Assembly: GCA_044892525.1 (NCBI GenBank)
Contig: CM097885.1
Coordinates: 231,942,001-232,006,000, forward strand
Source: Schmidtea polychroa
Taxonomy: Eukaryota
Direction: 5' to 3'
Length of the DNA stretch: 64,000 bases
Shown here piece by piece: positions 1-11,338 of the stretch. Positions within the stretch are counted from its first letter, which is position 1; every line of letters begins with the position of its first letter. Below the pieces are notes generated by a model, which was given only the letters and a program-made list of their open reading frames with translations, made no database searches and was not told where the DNA came from. Made by a program: the position numbers and the translations under genes.

Positions 1-88
<88 letters not shown>
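1..88. repeat. (TTA)n microsatellite
   Basis: Perfect TTA run from the window start. Confidence 0.98.
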
Positions 89-90
<2 letters not shown>

Positions 91-94
91 CATT

Positions 95-400
95 AAAATT
101 TTCATTTGACTTTGAAAAATATTTCATAAAAATTTCCATTAAAAATTAACTTAAAAAATTATTTCATAAAAATTTTCATTAAAAATTACATTTCTCAAAA
201 AAGTTGGTGGTTATTCAATCTTTTGATAATAAATTTAAAAATCTTAGTTTAATTTACTTATTTAGCTTTATTTTAAATTTTGAACCTTAATTTTCCTTAA
301 TTTATCCTTATTTTACCTAATTATTCTTTATTACTTAATTTTACACCATAATTTACTTAACAACTAAATGTAATCTTTATTTTCATATTTAACCAATAAT
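95..400. repeat. AT-rich block directly repeated at ~2250-2490
   Basis: 'ctttgaaaaatatttcataaaaatttccattaaaaatta' and the following 'aaaatctta.tttaatttact' occur at ~110-260 and again at ~2260-2450. Confidence 0.75.
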
Positions 401-404
401 TTCA

Positions 405-2232
405 TGTGGTCATCTGGTTGTAAGTGTTTGTTATCTAGTTGACAGTGCTTAGTACTAGGTAAGTTACTTGGTTGTTAGTACTTGGTTGATAATGCTTAGT
501 GTCTGGTTGTTAGTTGGTTGTATGTACTTGGTAGGTGGTAGTTAGTTGTTAGTACTTAGTAGCTAGTTAATGGGTAGGTGGTTGTATGTACTTGGTAGGT
601 GGTAGCTAGTTGGTTGTAGGTACTTAGTAGTTGGTAGGTAGTTGTTAGTACTTAGTAGCTAGTTAATGGGTAGGTGGTTGTAGGTACTTGGTAGGTGGTA
701 GTTAGTTGTTAGCTGGTTGTAGCTAGTTAATGGGTAGGTGGTAGCTAGTTGGTTGTAGGTTGTAAGTAGTTGGTAGGTGGTAGCTAGTTGGTTGTAGGTT
801 GTAAGTAGTTGGTTAATAATGCTTAGTACCTGGTTGTATGTACTTGGTAGGTGGTTGTAGGTACTTAGTAGTTGGTAATTAATACTTAGTACCTGGTTGA
901 TGTTGGTTGTATGTACTTGGTAAGTGGTTGTTAGCTGGTTGTTGTCGGTTGTTAGTACTTGGTATCTAGTTGTTAGCTGGTTGTAGCTAGTTAATGGGTA
1001 GGTGGTTGTAGGTACTTAGTAGTTGGTACCTAGTTGGTTGCTTGTTTTTGGTTGTTAGTACTTGGTAGTTGGTAGCTAGTTGTTGGTAACTAGTTGTAAG
1101 TAGTTGGTAGGTGGTAGCTAGTTGGTTGTAGGTTGTAAATAGTTGGTTAATAATGCTTAGTACCTGGTTGTATGTACTTGGTAGGTGGTTGTAGGTACTT
1201 AGTAGTTGGTAATTAATACTTAGTACCTGGTTGATGTTGGTTGTATGTACTTGGTAAGTGGTTGTTAGCTGGTTGTTGTCGGTTGTTAGTACTTGGTATC
1301 TAGTTGTTAGCTGGTTGTAGCTAGTTAATGGGTAGGTGGTTGTAGGTACTTAGTAGTTGGTACCTAGTTGGTTGCTTGTTTTTGGTTGTTAGTACTTGGT
1401 ATCTGGTAACTGGTTGTTGGTAACTAGTTGTAAGTACTTGGTAGTTGGTAGCTAGTTGGTTGTAGGTTGTAAGTAGTTGGTAGGTGGTAGCTAGTTGGTT
1501 GTAGGTTGTAAGTAGTTGGTAGTTGGTAGCTAGTTGTTTGCATGTTTTTGGTTGTTAGTACTTGGTATCTGGTAACTGGTTGTTGTTGGTTGTTAGTACT
1601 TGGTATCTGGTTGTTAGTTGGTTGTAGGTACTTAGTAGTTGGTTAATAATGCTTAGTAGCTGGTTGTTGTTGGTTGTTAGTACTTGGTACCTAGTTGGTT
1701 GCTTGCTTTTGGTTGTTAGTACTTGGTTGATAATGCTTAGTACCTGGTTGTTGTCAGTTGTGAGTAGTTGGTATCAGGTTGTTAGTTGTTAGCTGGTTGA
1801 TGGTTGTTAGTACTTGGTAGTTGGTAATTAATGCTTAGTACCTGGTTGATGTTGGTTGTTAGTAATTGGTAGGTGGTTGTTAGCTGGTTGTTTTTGATTG
1901 ATAGTACTTGGTATCTAGTACCTAGTTGGTTGCATGTTTTTGGTTGTTAGTATCTAGTTGTTAGTACTTGGTAGTTGGTTAATAATGCTTAGTACCTAGT
2001 TGTTGTTGGTTGTATGTACTTGGTAGGTGGTTGTATGTACTTGGTAAGTGGTAGTTAGTTGTTAGCTGGTTGTTAGTAATTGGTAGCTAGTTAATGTGTA
2101 GGTAGTTGTAGGTACTTGGTATCTAGTTGTTAGTATCTAGTTGTAGGTAACTGGTTGTTAGTAACTAGTTGTAGGTATCTGGTTGTAAATACATGTTCGT
2201 AAGTTACTGGTTGTTGGTACTAAGTTGTTGGT
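405..2232. repeat. Degenerate G/T-rich satellite with a ~334-bp higher-order duplication
   Basis: Mosaic of TAGTTGG/GGTTGT/GTACTT words with strong strand asymmetry; ~781-1067 is nearly identical to ~1115-1401. Confidence 0.9.
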
Positions 2233-2489
2233 TTGTTGTTGAATTATTATTAAAATTTGTCTTTGAAAAATATTTCATAAAAATTTCCATTAAAAATTAC
2301 TTAAAAAATTATTCCATAAAAATTTCCATTAAAAATTACCATTGAAAAATATTTCATTAAAATTTTCATTAAAAAATTTCAATTTTCAAACACCTTATAT
2401 TATTTTGTAATTAAATTTTAAAATCTTATTTTAATTTACTTTAATTTACTTATTTAAAATTTTTTACCATTGATTACTTAATTTAAAAA

Positions 2490-2735
2490 TTTGGACCATT
2501 ATTTACTTTAATTGAAAAATCTGGACCATAATTTACTGTAATTTAATATTTTAGAACCAAAATTTACTGTAATTTAATTTTTAGACCCATTATTTACTGT
2601 AATTTAATTTTTTAGGACCATAATTTACTGTATTTGAAAGATTTGGACCATAATTTACTGTAATTCAAAAATTTTGACCATAATTTACTGTAATTCAATT
2701 TTTTAGGACCATTATTTACTTTAATTGAAAAATTT
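2490..2735. repeat. ~30-bp tandem repeat, about 8 copies
   Basis: Unit approx. 'ttggaccataatttactgtaatttaaaaat', head-to-tail with no unique spacers. Confidence 0.9.
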
Positions 2736-2739
2736 ACCA

Positions 2740-3265
2740 CGTTTTTTAGTGTAGACCACCTTTTTCTCAGGACCAAGGAGACCCACCTCACTATAGTCTG
2801 AAAAATCCTTGGCTTTTTTAGTGTAGACCACCTATTTGTATTGAAAATATCCTGAGACCTTAAATTACCATGCTTCTTTAGTGGTAGTCGGATTTTTGTA
2901 TTGAAAAAATTTTTTTTGTATTGAAAATCCCAGGACCATCGAGATCCCCTCACTATAGTGTGAAAATTCCATGCTTTTTTAATGGTAGTCGGATTTTTGT
3001 ATTGAAAATATCCTGAGACCTTAAATTACCATGCTTTTTTAGTGGTAGTCGGATTTTTTTATTGAAAAAATTTTTTTTGTATTGAAAATCCCAGGACCAT
3101 CGAGACCCCCTCACTATAGTCTGAAAATTCCATACTTTTTTAGTGGTAGTCGGATTTTTGTATTGAAAAAATTTTTTTTGTATTGAAAATCCCAGGGTCA
3201 TTGTTTTTGTATTGAGAAAAATTTTTTGTATTGAAAATCCCAGGACCATCGAGACACTATAGTGT
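2740..3265. repeat. Composite tandem array of ~60-170-bp modules
   Basis: Recurring 'ttttagtggtagtcggatttttgtattgaaaa' and 'cccaggaccatcgaga..cctcactatagt.tgaaaa' modules. Confidence 0.85.
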
Positions 3266-3357
3266 GGAACAATTGCGTAATAAAATCGTGGAACAATTTT
3301 ACCCCCCCCCCCCCCCTGGGGGGGGTAATTGTTCCAGCGGACCACTAACTACCTACT
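3266..3357 (-). mobile_element. Putative Polinton/Maverick terminus; the terminal repeat extends leftwards through the satellites
   Basis: Minus strand starts AGTAGGTAGTTAGTGGTCCGCTGGAACAATT. AGT-rich ends are typical of Polintons, the CCG-GGAACAA motif recurs at 28902 and 31731, and a pPolB fragment abuts it. Confidence 0.6.
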
Positions 3358-3384
3358 TATATTACCAATAATATTACCAATAAA

Positions 3385-3735
3385 AGAAAATATTATGAAG
3401 TTTATCCATCGTCATTCCCTGTTGAACATAAAATTTTAACAATCACAAATTTAATTTAGTTACTTTTCCAAGTTGATTTTTCTTTACCATTCACTCAAAT
3501 GTTCAGGTTGTATTGTCTTTTTTATTGGAGCCTATGTAAAAATATAGATTTTCTTTTAATATTATCTGGATAACCCAAATTTACTTCTAAAAAATATCCT
3601 ACATCAGAATTATCAGGAGTTTTTAATATTTCTTCCAAAAGATTTTTATCAATAGGTTCTATCCAACTAAAATGAGAATATGGAAGATATTATCCAGATT
3701 ATTATGCTGTTGCATCAATGTATAGAAAATGTGAT
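3385..3735 (-). pseudogene. Polinton protein-primed DNA polymerase B (pPolB) fragment
   Basis: Translates (with stops and frameshifts) FLYIDA..YLPYSHFSWIEP..EILKTPDNSDVGYFLEVNLGYP..GKVTKL..LLKFYVQQGM. This matches the Polinton pPolB motif-A region 'YLDANNLYG..YLP...GYILEVDLEYP'. Confidence 0.85.
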
Positions 3736-6044
3736 TTATTTTATAGACGTTGTTTCAGGTGACGTTGTTTTGAGTAACGGTTGAAAATATTGAAAGTTTG
3801 TATGCATTTTCATATTTATTGTTATTATTTCATTTATGTTTTTGTACAATTTTCTCTATTTTTTATAATAAGTGACGTTATTCCATAAAATTCAATGCGC
3901 AATGCATTTGTTTAATTGTTGACGTTTAATTTTTTGTGAATTTAAATTACTTCTTTTATTATTTGTATATAAAATATTCACAATATAATTCACAAAAAAT
4001 TATCAATAAAAGATAATAATATCCTGATACAAATGCATTTTGTTTTTACTTAAAAAGGAATAAAAAATTTATATGCTTCAATGGATTCTTATGAATTCTT
4101 CACAACATTGCCACTCTTTAAGTCTACGACATTGGCTGTCTTGAAAGTCTTACAAATTTGGCAACTGTGAAAAACAGAAATTCAGAAAAACCAACAGACA
4201 GGAAGTAAAGTCAAAAGAAATGAGATTTAATTTTTAGAAAAAAATATATGCTTTATTGAGAGACTTAGGATTCCATGAAGTTTTTGATATTTAGGATTTT
4301 GAAGCGTTATTTGAATAAAAGAAAATTCTAGATACAAATCTAATGGCTTCGGTAAGTTGGTAGCAAATGCGAAGGAAATATTTACGGTAAAATATAATTT
4401 TTGATAATATTAAATATTGCAAGAAACTGGAACTTCGTTCTTAATACTCAGCCTTTATTTGTTCTAATTATTGACTCATTTTACTATTATGAACATTTCA
4501 ACCTTTTTTGTGTTTTTAAATTAAAAAATGTCCTGTATTGATTAGGATTGTTTCAATTTATACTATATATATATTTGAACTGTAATAAAATTTATTAAAA
4601 ATCAACTTGATTATAACCACGTGACAAGTGAATAATGATACCTAAGAAAATACATAAAAAATACTGCGAAACCTTTGTAAAACCCGTTATGTTAACTAAA
4701 TATCGTCCTACCTTGTGAATTCCTGACAATGCAGATTTTAATGAAAAGAAAAATTAAAGAGTTTAAATGTAAATTAAAACAAAAATATAAATAATAACAT
4801 AATAATTATTTAAATGTTTATCTATTTAGTTGTCAAAAATTACTTAAAAGTGTATTTGGAATTGTAATTAAGCCTAAATTTCAATAAGTGGAATCGTACA
4901 ATTTATTAGCTCTGTCCATCATAGAACATTAAAAATGACAGGTTCCTAAATGATAGACAACATTTCATATGAAAAATAGCAAGAATTTTCATTTCATTTT
5001 ATATTAAAATACTACTAATTTTTTTTTATAATTATAAATTTAAAAAATATTTATAAATAAATACATTTTTAATAAATGAATTAATTGGCTACTCGCCTGT
5101 GCTTCAGGAGACCATCAAAACACTCAATTGAAGACCATCACTTAATACCTTTAGTTTGTTGTCAATCTTTTAAGTTCTTCATCTTTGATCTATTTCCATT
5201 TATAGTTTCGCTTCTTTTTATTTATTTCTATTCAAAATGAGATTTGAACCTTTCTCCCTAATATTCTTTATTTTTAAACACTCAAACATTTTAGAATTTA
5301 AATTTAATCACACAAATCTGCCCTGTCGAATGACATGTTTTAGACAATGCATTCCGGAAGTCTCGTGTTAATGTATTTCTATGTTATTTACAGAGGCAAA
5401 TCATTGAGAAGACAATCCAAATCAAATTTCAAACTCGTTTAGAATATTTCAATCTTAACCCTTTTATACGGAGTGTACAATATATTGTACACAGTTTTGT
5501 GTGCTGAATATCTGTTGTACCTTTTCGAAAATATAATGTGAGAAGTACTTTTAAGAAAATTGAAATTTGTTCTAGTACATTTTAATAATTAAATTATTTT
5601 TTTATTTTTTTGCATAATTTGAGTCCCTTTACTAGGTTTGATGGTCTAGATAATTAATTTACCCACAGAATTAATTCCCGAATGAAAGGGTTAAGTTGAA
5701 ATGTGTTTTTACTAATGAAAAATGAAATTCATGTTTGAAGCTTTGTCGGCATAACCTAATTTAAACATATTGACATTATATAGTATTTATTCCACCATTT
5801 TCACCAAATAATTTCTCTCTGCTTATAGAGCATGTTTAGTACAAAACAAATGTACAAATGTAGATATCTGTATTTAATGATAAAAAAATGTGTGCAATAC
5901 CCGATGCAAACACATACATACACACAGCTGTTAGTGGCATGCAGTCAGATTCACTGAATTAATAATTCTAGACCTAATTCTACCTTATTACACCTAATTC
6001 CGAAAGTTAACATAGTCTATAATCTTAAAAAAATCAATAAATTT

Positions 6045-6480
6045 ATAGTATAGGAACACACAAACTTACCTGGGTGTAAAAATTTAATGCTTCGAAAGTT
6101 AACATATTTATTATAGGAGTCGAAAAAGTGACAGAAAAATAATTAAACATACCAACACAAAACACATAATGAAAAATGTATGCAAATTTATTATAGTGTT
6201 TTCCCGAAATTAAACATTGATTAACATATTGTTAACATATCATTATTTTTAATATATTAAAAATGATGGGGGAAATTTTTTTTATTTAGAATCGAACAAC
6301 TCTACTTTGACCTGTAGAAAAAAAGATTATAAAACATTGTATGATCTATTTATAAAATATTTTTGAATTTAATATTTCTTCAGATATTTCTCTGGAAACG
6401 CTACCCTTTTGCCAAGGTGAAGATCAAACCATGTTAGATTTATTCATTAAAATACAAAACATTAGATTAAAAAGAAATTA
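6045..6480 (+). repeat. Arm 1 of a diverged inverted duplication (arm 2 at ~8060-8510) with exon-like segments
   Basis: 'tataggaacacacaaacttacc', 'cataccaacacaaaacacataatgaaaaatg' and 'cag|ATATTTCTC.GGAAAC..T.CC.TTT' are reverse-complemented at 8060-8510. Confidence 0.85.
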
Positions 6481-8059
6481 ATCAACTGACGTCTAGAGAG
6501 GCAAACAAGTAAAACGTCTTGAATTGACGTTTTCTATCTGTCGTGGCTAACGACGATTATTATGACTCGATCAACAATAAAACAATGATATCAGCTCCTA
6601 AACTTATTATTTATTTTAAGTAATCAAATAAATAAAATATGAAACGAAAATATTAAAAGTTAAGTTATTAAGTAATACTTAGTTATACTTAAGTTATACT
6701 TAGTCATCAAGTCAGTAATATATAAATTAACCACCCAAATTTTATCATAAGTTAGTCGTTGTAGGATTCAAGAACACATTTAGAATTAGCAATAATCAAA
6801 TTAATTTCAAACAAAAACTTAATTTAAAATTTTAATATTATATCGATTAATATTCTAAAATCGTCGTTATTAGAAATTAATGATTTAAACAACAAAATAA
6901 ATAATATTTTAATCAAGGAAATAGAATATCCGTTTGAAATATTGTCTGATGGATATTTATATTTATGAGATTATTTACAATCAAGCAATTTAATTTCGAT
7001 TTGAAAGTTATTTTAGTTAATTTTATTTTTTTTTTAGACTTATGAAAAAAAAGTGTCTGACATTGTGGAATTAAACACTGTCAGATAAAGAGAAACGCAA
7101 CACAATTATTAATCATTTTAACGGAATATCTAGCAGACTTATTAATTCATTAATGTAAATAAGTAATTATATGATCAGTTTAGAATGAATGCTGAACGAA
7201 ATAAGTTGAACCGCATTTAGTTTATGTTTTGTTGATCATAAAAGGTGTCGGTGTATTCTTTTTCGAAAAGTATTTTTTGCCTATCATCTAAATAACATAA
7301 TTAGATCTTTATCAAACTTGAAATGAAAAATCTGAATTTTTTTTTGTTTAAAATAATAAAATTGTTAATAAAAAATATAATTTAATTGCAGTTTTTAATT
7401 AATTTTTAAAATTATTTAATTTACTTTTTCATTATATAACAAATTATGGAAATTGTTAAATGAATGGAAGAAATATTTGAGATAAAATTAATTGTAAATT
7501 TCTAATTTTAAAATTGTGGTAATCAGCCTTTTGTATTTTTTAAAATTTTTTCTACAATAATCTAACAATACACCCAATTCCGAAATTTAGTAACCTCTAT
7601 AATTCACGTTGGTGTGCACACCAGTTGAGGTGAGTCACCATTTACGTGAAAATGAAGTTACTCAATTTCAATTATTCAATTCAGTTATTCAATTTTTTAA
7701 AAATGATTTTAAGGTAATTCTTTTAATTTCAGGTAACTTTAAGACTTGAATTTTGATTTTATATAATTATGAGATCATTATTCAAGTTTTTAAATATTAC
7801 AGTTAGCTAGCATTTATAATATAACATATTGATAATTAAATTTCAGGTGTTTTTTTAGGAATTTCGACATTTTGAATTTATTTGGAATTATTTCAATAAA
7901 ATGTAAGTTAGATATATTTTTGATTATAAATAAATTAACTAATCACCGAAGACATTTATTTTTTAATACAATTAGGAAAGAAGGAAAGGCTGAATTTTAT
8001 AATTTTTATAAATTTATAATGAAATAATTTATTTAAATTTACGAATTGTGAATTTCTTT

Positions 8060-8510
8060 CTGCAAATTCTAATGTTTTGTAATTTAATGAATAAATCTTA
8101 CATTGTCAGATTTCCACCTTCGCGAAAAGGCAATGTTTCCTGAGAAATATCTGTAAATCTAAAGAGTATATATTCTAAATTATTTTATAATTGAATTTTA
8201 CGATGTATTTTCTTCTTTTTCTCTGAAGCTCAAGGTAGAGCTGTCGGATTCTAAATTAAAATTATTTTCCTACAAAATTTTTTAATAATTTCAAAATAAT
8301 TATATTTTAACAATATGTTAACAATATGTTAATGGTTATTTATTTCGGAATAAAAGAAGCTATAATAAATTTGCATGCATTTTTCATTATGTGTTTTGTG
8401 TTGGTATGTTCAATTATTTTTCTCTCACCTTCACAAATCCTCTAATAAAGTTATTAAAATTTCGGAACAATAAATTTCTACACACTGGTAAGTTTGTGTG
8501 TTCCTATACT
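8060..8510 (-). repeat. Arm 2 of the inverted duplication
   Basis: Collinear reverse complement of ~6045-6480 with scattered substitutions. Confidence 0.85.
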
Positions 8511-8831
8511 ATTTTTAATTATTTTTCTTTATAATGATTCAAACAAAATAAATTTCCCAATATAAAGACTTTTCATTATAATTTTAAAATCTTAATAATT
8601 ATTTAAAATAAATAGAAATTATGGAGGTTTAGTTACAAAATAAATGCAATTATTCGTCAATGTAATATATCGAAAATGTAAATTTTTTCTCTATTAATAA
8701 CACAAAGGCGTAGAAATTATTTAGAAATATTACACATTATTAGAAAGAGAGTGATTGTCGTAGGGGGCATCTACTTGATAAAATTGAATAAAGCTTTAGT
8801 AAAAATTTCAATTTATATAATAGTTGGAAGT

Positions 8832-9505
8832 AAAAAATGCTATTTGATAGAGTATAAAATAAACATAGTTGAAGAATCATGAGACCAATGCTTAAAAGAA
8901 TTCTGCAAAGAAAAAACGCTTGATTTAAGGATGGTCAGTCGATGGCGTGTGGAATATAATAATCTTATTCAACAAAATAATAATGGAAATTTAAAAGTAC
9001 TTTGAGATGGCGCATGAAGAAACTCTTTATACAATGAGCTAGAAGATATTATTTTTGAATGGATTCTACAACAACGATCAAAGGCTTTTGTTGTTCGGAG
9101 ATCAGACATTCAGAATCTTGCCGTTACGCAGATATATAAACATACAAATATAAAAGTGTTTTTATTGCTTGTTATTGTTGCGCGTGGTATTTTCTTTGCT
9201 TATAAGAAGGCATTGTTTACGTTTATGACAGATTTATAGTAATTTGTGATTGGTCACTCATTGTGGGCAAGTATTGTTTTGTCAGTGTTCCGAGTAAAAA
9301 TAAATCATGTGAAAGGCGTTCCGCCCTTTTATATTAATTGAGAACCACTGGTTTAAATCATTCATATAATTTAAATTTTGAACAATATCAACGGTCAAAC
9401 ATAATTGCAATGGAGGAAACATCGATCATTTTTGGCCAAGCCCCACAGACAACAGTTGATCACAAAGGAGCTACACCAATTAGCATTCCATCAACCGAAT
9501 ACGCG
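8832..9505 (+). pseudogene. pogo/Tigger-type (CENP-B HTH + DDE_1) transposase, N-terminal remnant interrupted by a hAT MITE
   Basis: YLIEYKINIVEES..RMVSRWR..YNELEDIIFEWILQQRSKAFVVRRSDIQNLA, then NIIAMEETSIIFGQAPQTTVDHKGA (decayed 'NIIAMDET' first catalytic motif); in-frame stops. Confidence 0.85.
9122..9350 (+). mobile_element. Right part of a non-autonomous hAT (Buster/Charlie-like) element
   Basis: Ends in TTGAGAACCACTG (TIR = CAGTGGTTCTCAA); 9122-9240 is highly similar to 45261-45378. Confidence 0.75.
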
Positions 9506-9873
9506 ACAGATTTACTTGAACGAGATTTTTATTATATATATTAACAGCTGATAACAGTTAAAAGTTTATAATGTTGAGATAAAATGATTGTGACCCAAAC
9601 TAAGTGTGAACTTTGACAGAATTGCGGTAAATATAACATGAAAACACAGTCTTAAGTCAATTTAAATTTAAAACACGTAGAAAACACTAGGTAAACAGGG
9701 AAAATGAGCAAACATAAAATTAAAATCGAGAACTGTAAAAATAAATAATAATTTTCATCAAAATATAACAAGTTCGTTAATTTTATTTAACGTAAATATT
9801 ATTGATTACAGAGGAACATCTCATAGAAGGTTTCCGGCCGATTTGAGGGTGTCTTCAAAGCAATGGATAATTA

Positions 9874-10250
9874 ATGACTACTCGATCTACTGAAACTACG
9901 TTACAGGGGGATAGAAGCTATTTGGTTTTTCCTGGAGCTATGAGGAAAAAAAAGCTGATGTCGCAATTACGCGAGCAGGCGACACGAGACCAACTAGAAA
10001 TTCGAGCGCTCAAATGCAAGATCCAACAACTAGACATAGATTTCCAGCAATCTCTATAGCACAAACAAAATCTGATTAGACCGCACTTGGAGCTCTACCC
10101 GGCAAATCAAATAAGCCACAGAATACTGGTACCCCCCAGTATTCAAGATTCGATGCAAACCGGGAAAAAATAACCGAAGTAAGCCAAAGTAAGAAACCTG
10201 GGTCACTCAACACACCTGCCAATAAATCTTTAATAATTAGAAATGAAATT
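9874..10250 (+). other. Decayed coiled-coil-like ORF of unknown origin
   Basis: 61-aa ORF (..LMSQLREQATRDQLEIRALKCKIQQLDIDFQQSL) continuing past a stop into a K/R-rich tail; GC higher than the flanks. Confidence 0.3.
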
Positions 10251-10469
10251 TTAGATAGTTATGGACCTAAAGTAAAGACGGATATAGACCTTCTTACGGT
10301 TGTCCGCCAACCCATTCGAATAATTGCCGATTATAAAGCACTAAGATGCACTCACCATTTGCAAATTTTCTGCCATTCTATTTACTGAGAATCAAATGGT
10401 AACGAGTAATTTTGGCCTGGTTACTTTGGAAACTTTACAAACCTGTAAAATGTTTAAAATATATATAAA

Positions 10470-10525
10470 AACCCTTTTTCCAATTTCACCACTGATTATT
10501 TTTTCAGCACTGCCTTTTTCAAGTG
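10470..10525. repeat. Fragment of the foldback repeat family
   Basis: 'ccctttttccaatttcaccactgattatttttt' joined to 'gcactgcctttttcaa', both shared with 27560 and 39585. Confidence 0.75.
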
Positions 10526-11338
10526 GATTATATAAAGCAGTTACGTATATGACCAGCCGCCACTATTACCAATACCACTTTTTGAGGGAGGTGGTTGCAA
10601 ATGTCGAAAGATATATGACTACCAATTATTTTTAGTTACAGAAAATTCAATTATTGCATGCGAAAAAATTTTAAAGAAGTCCTGGAACTATTTCATGGAA
10701 TTCAGTTGTGGATTACTTAAACATAAAATCGAAGAATTTTTTGGTTGTTCTTTACACATTTCATGGTAACAATTATCCATATTTGAGTTAATAAGAAACA
10801 AACCGCAAAAATGTGAACAATAATAATATTACCTGAGTATGTTAAACTGTTAGTGAAAAGCTTGATTTTATATTTATAAAAAATGATTCTTTTGGGTTTG
10901 ACAAAAAATAGCAAAATGTATTGTGGAGTCATAATTTTCTCTTCTGATGTTTCAATGTGTGCAAGGGATTTTGGGGGTTCAGGATTTGGTCAGTATGTTT
11001 ATTTTATTTTCACATTTGAAATAAAAATACATTTTTAATGCAGTTTCAAATTATATTTTTTACATGCTGAAAATGTTTATCATGGACTCAATAAATCTTT
11101 ATCTGACATGAATTCTTGCAATTATTAATTATTAAAAGAAATGTCAAATAAAATTTTAATTAAATATCTTTTTCGCTGAAATTTTAAAATTCATTTATAA
11201 ATTTTAAAACTAAAATCTAAATCTAAAACTAAATCTTCTACCCTAAAAATAGAATTTCGATGAAGTGTTAAAATAAAATTTTATTTTTTTTGTTCAAGTC
11301 AAGTGATTCTTTGTTTTTATTTGTTTAAATTATAAATG

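Noticed and set aside
405-2232. Telomeric repeat
   Set aside because: G/T-rich, but no regular TTAGGG- or TTAGG-type unit; better explained as a TIR-derived satellite.
2490-3265. CRISPR-like array
   Set aside because: Units are head-to-tail and degenerate, with no unique spacers and no cas genes; eukaryotic context.
2612-3345. 113-aa and 130-aa ORFs
   Set aside because: They are translations of tandem repeats with no recognisable motifs.
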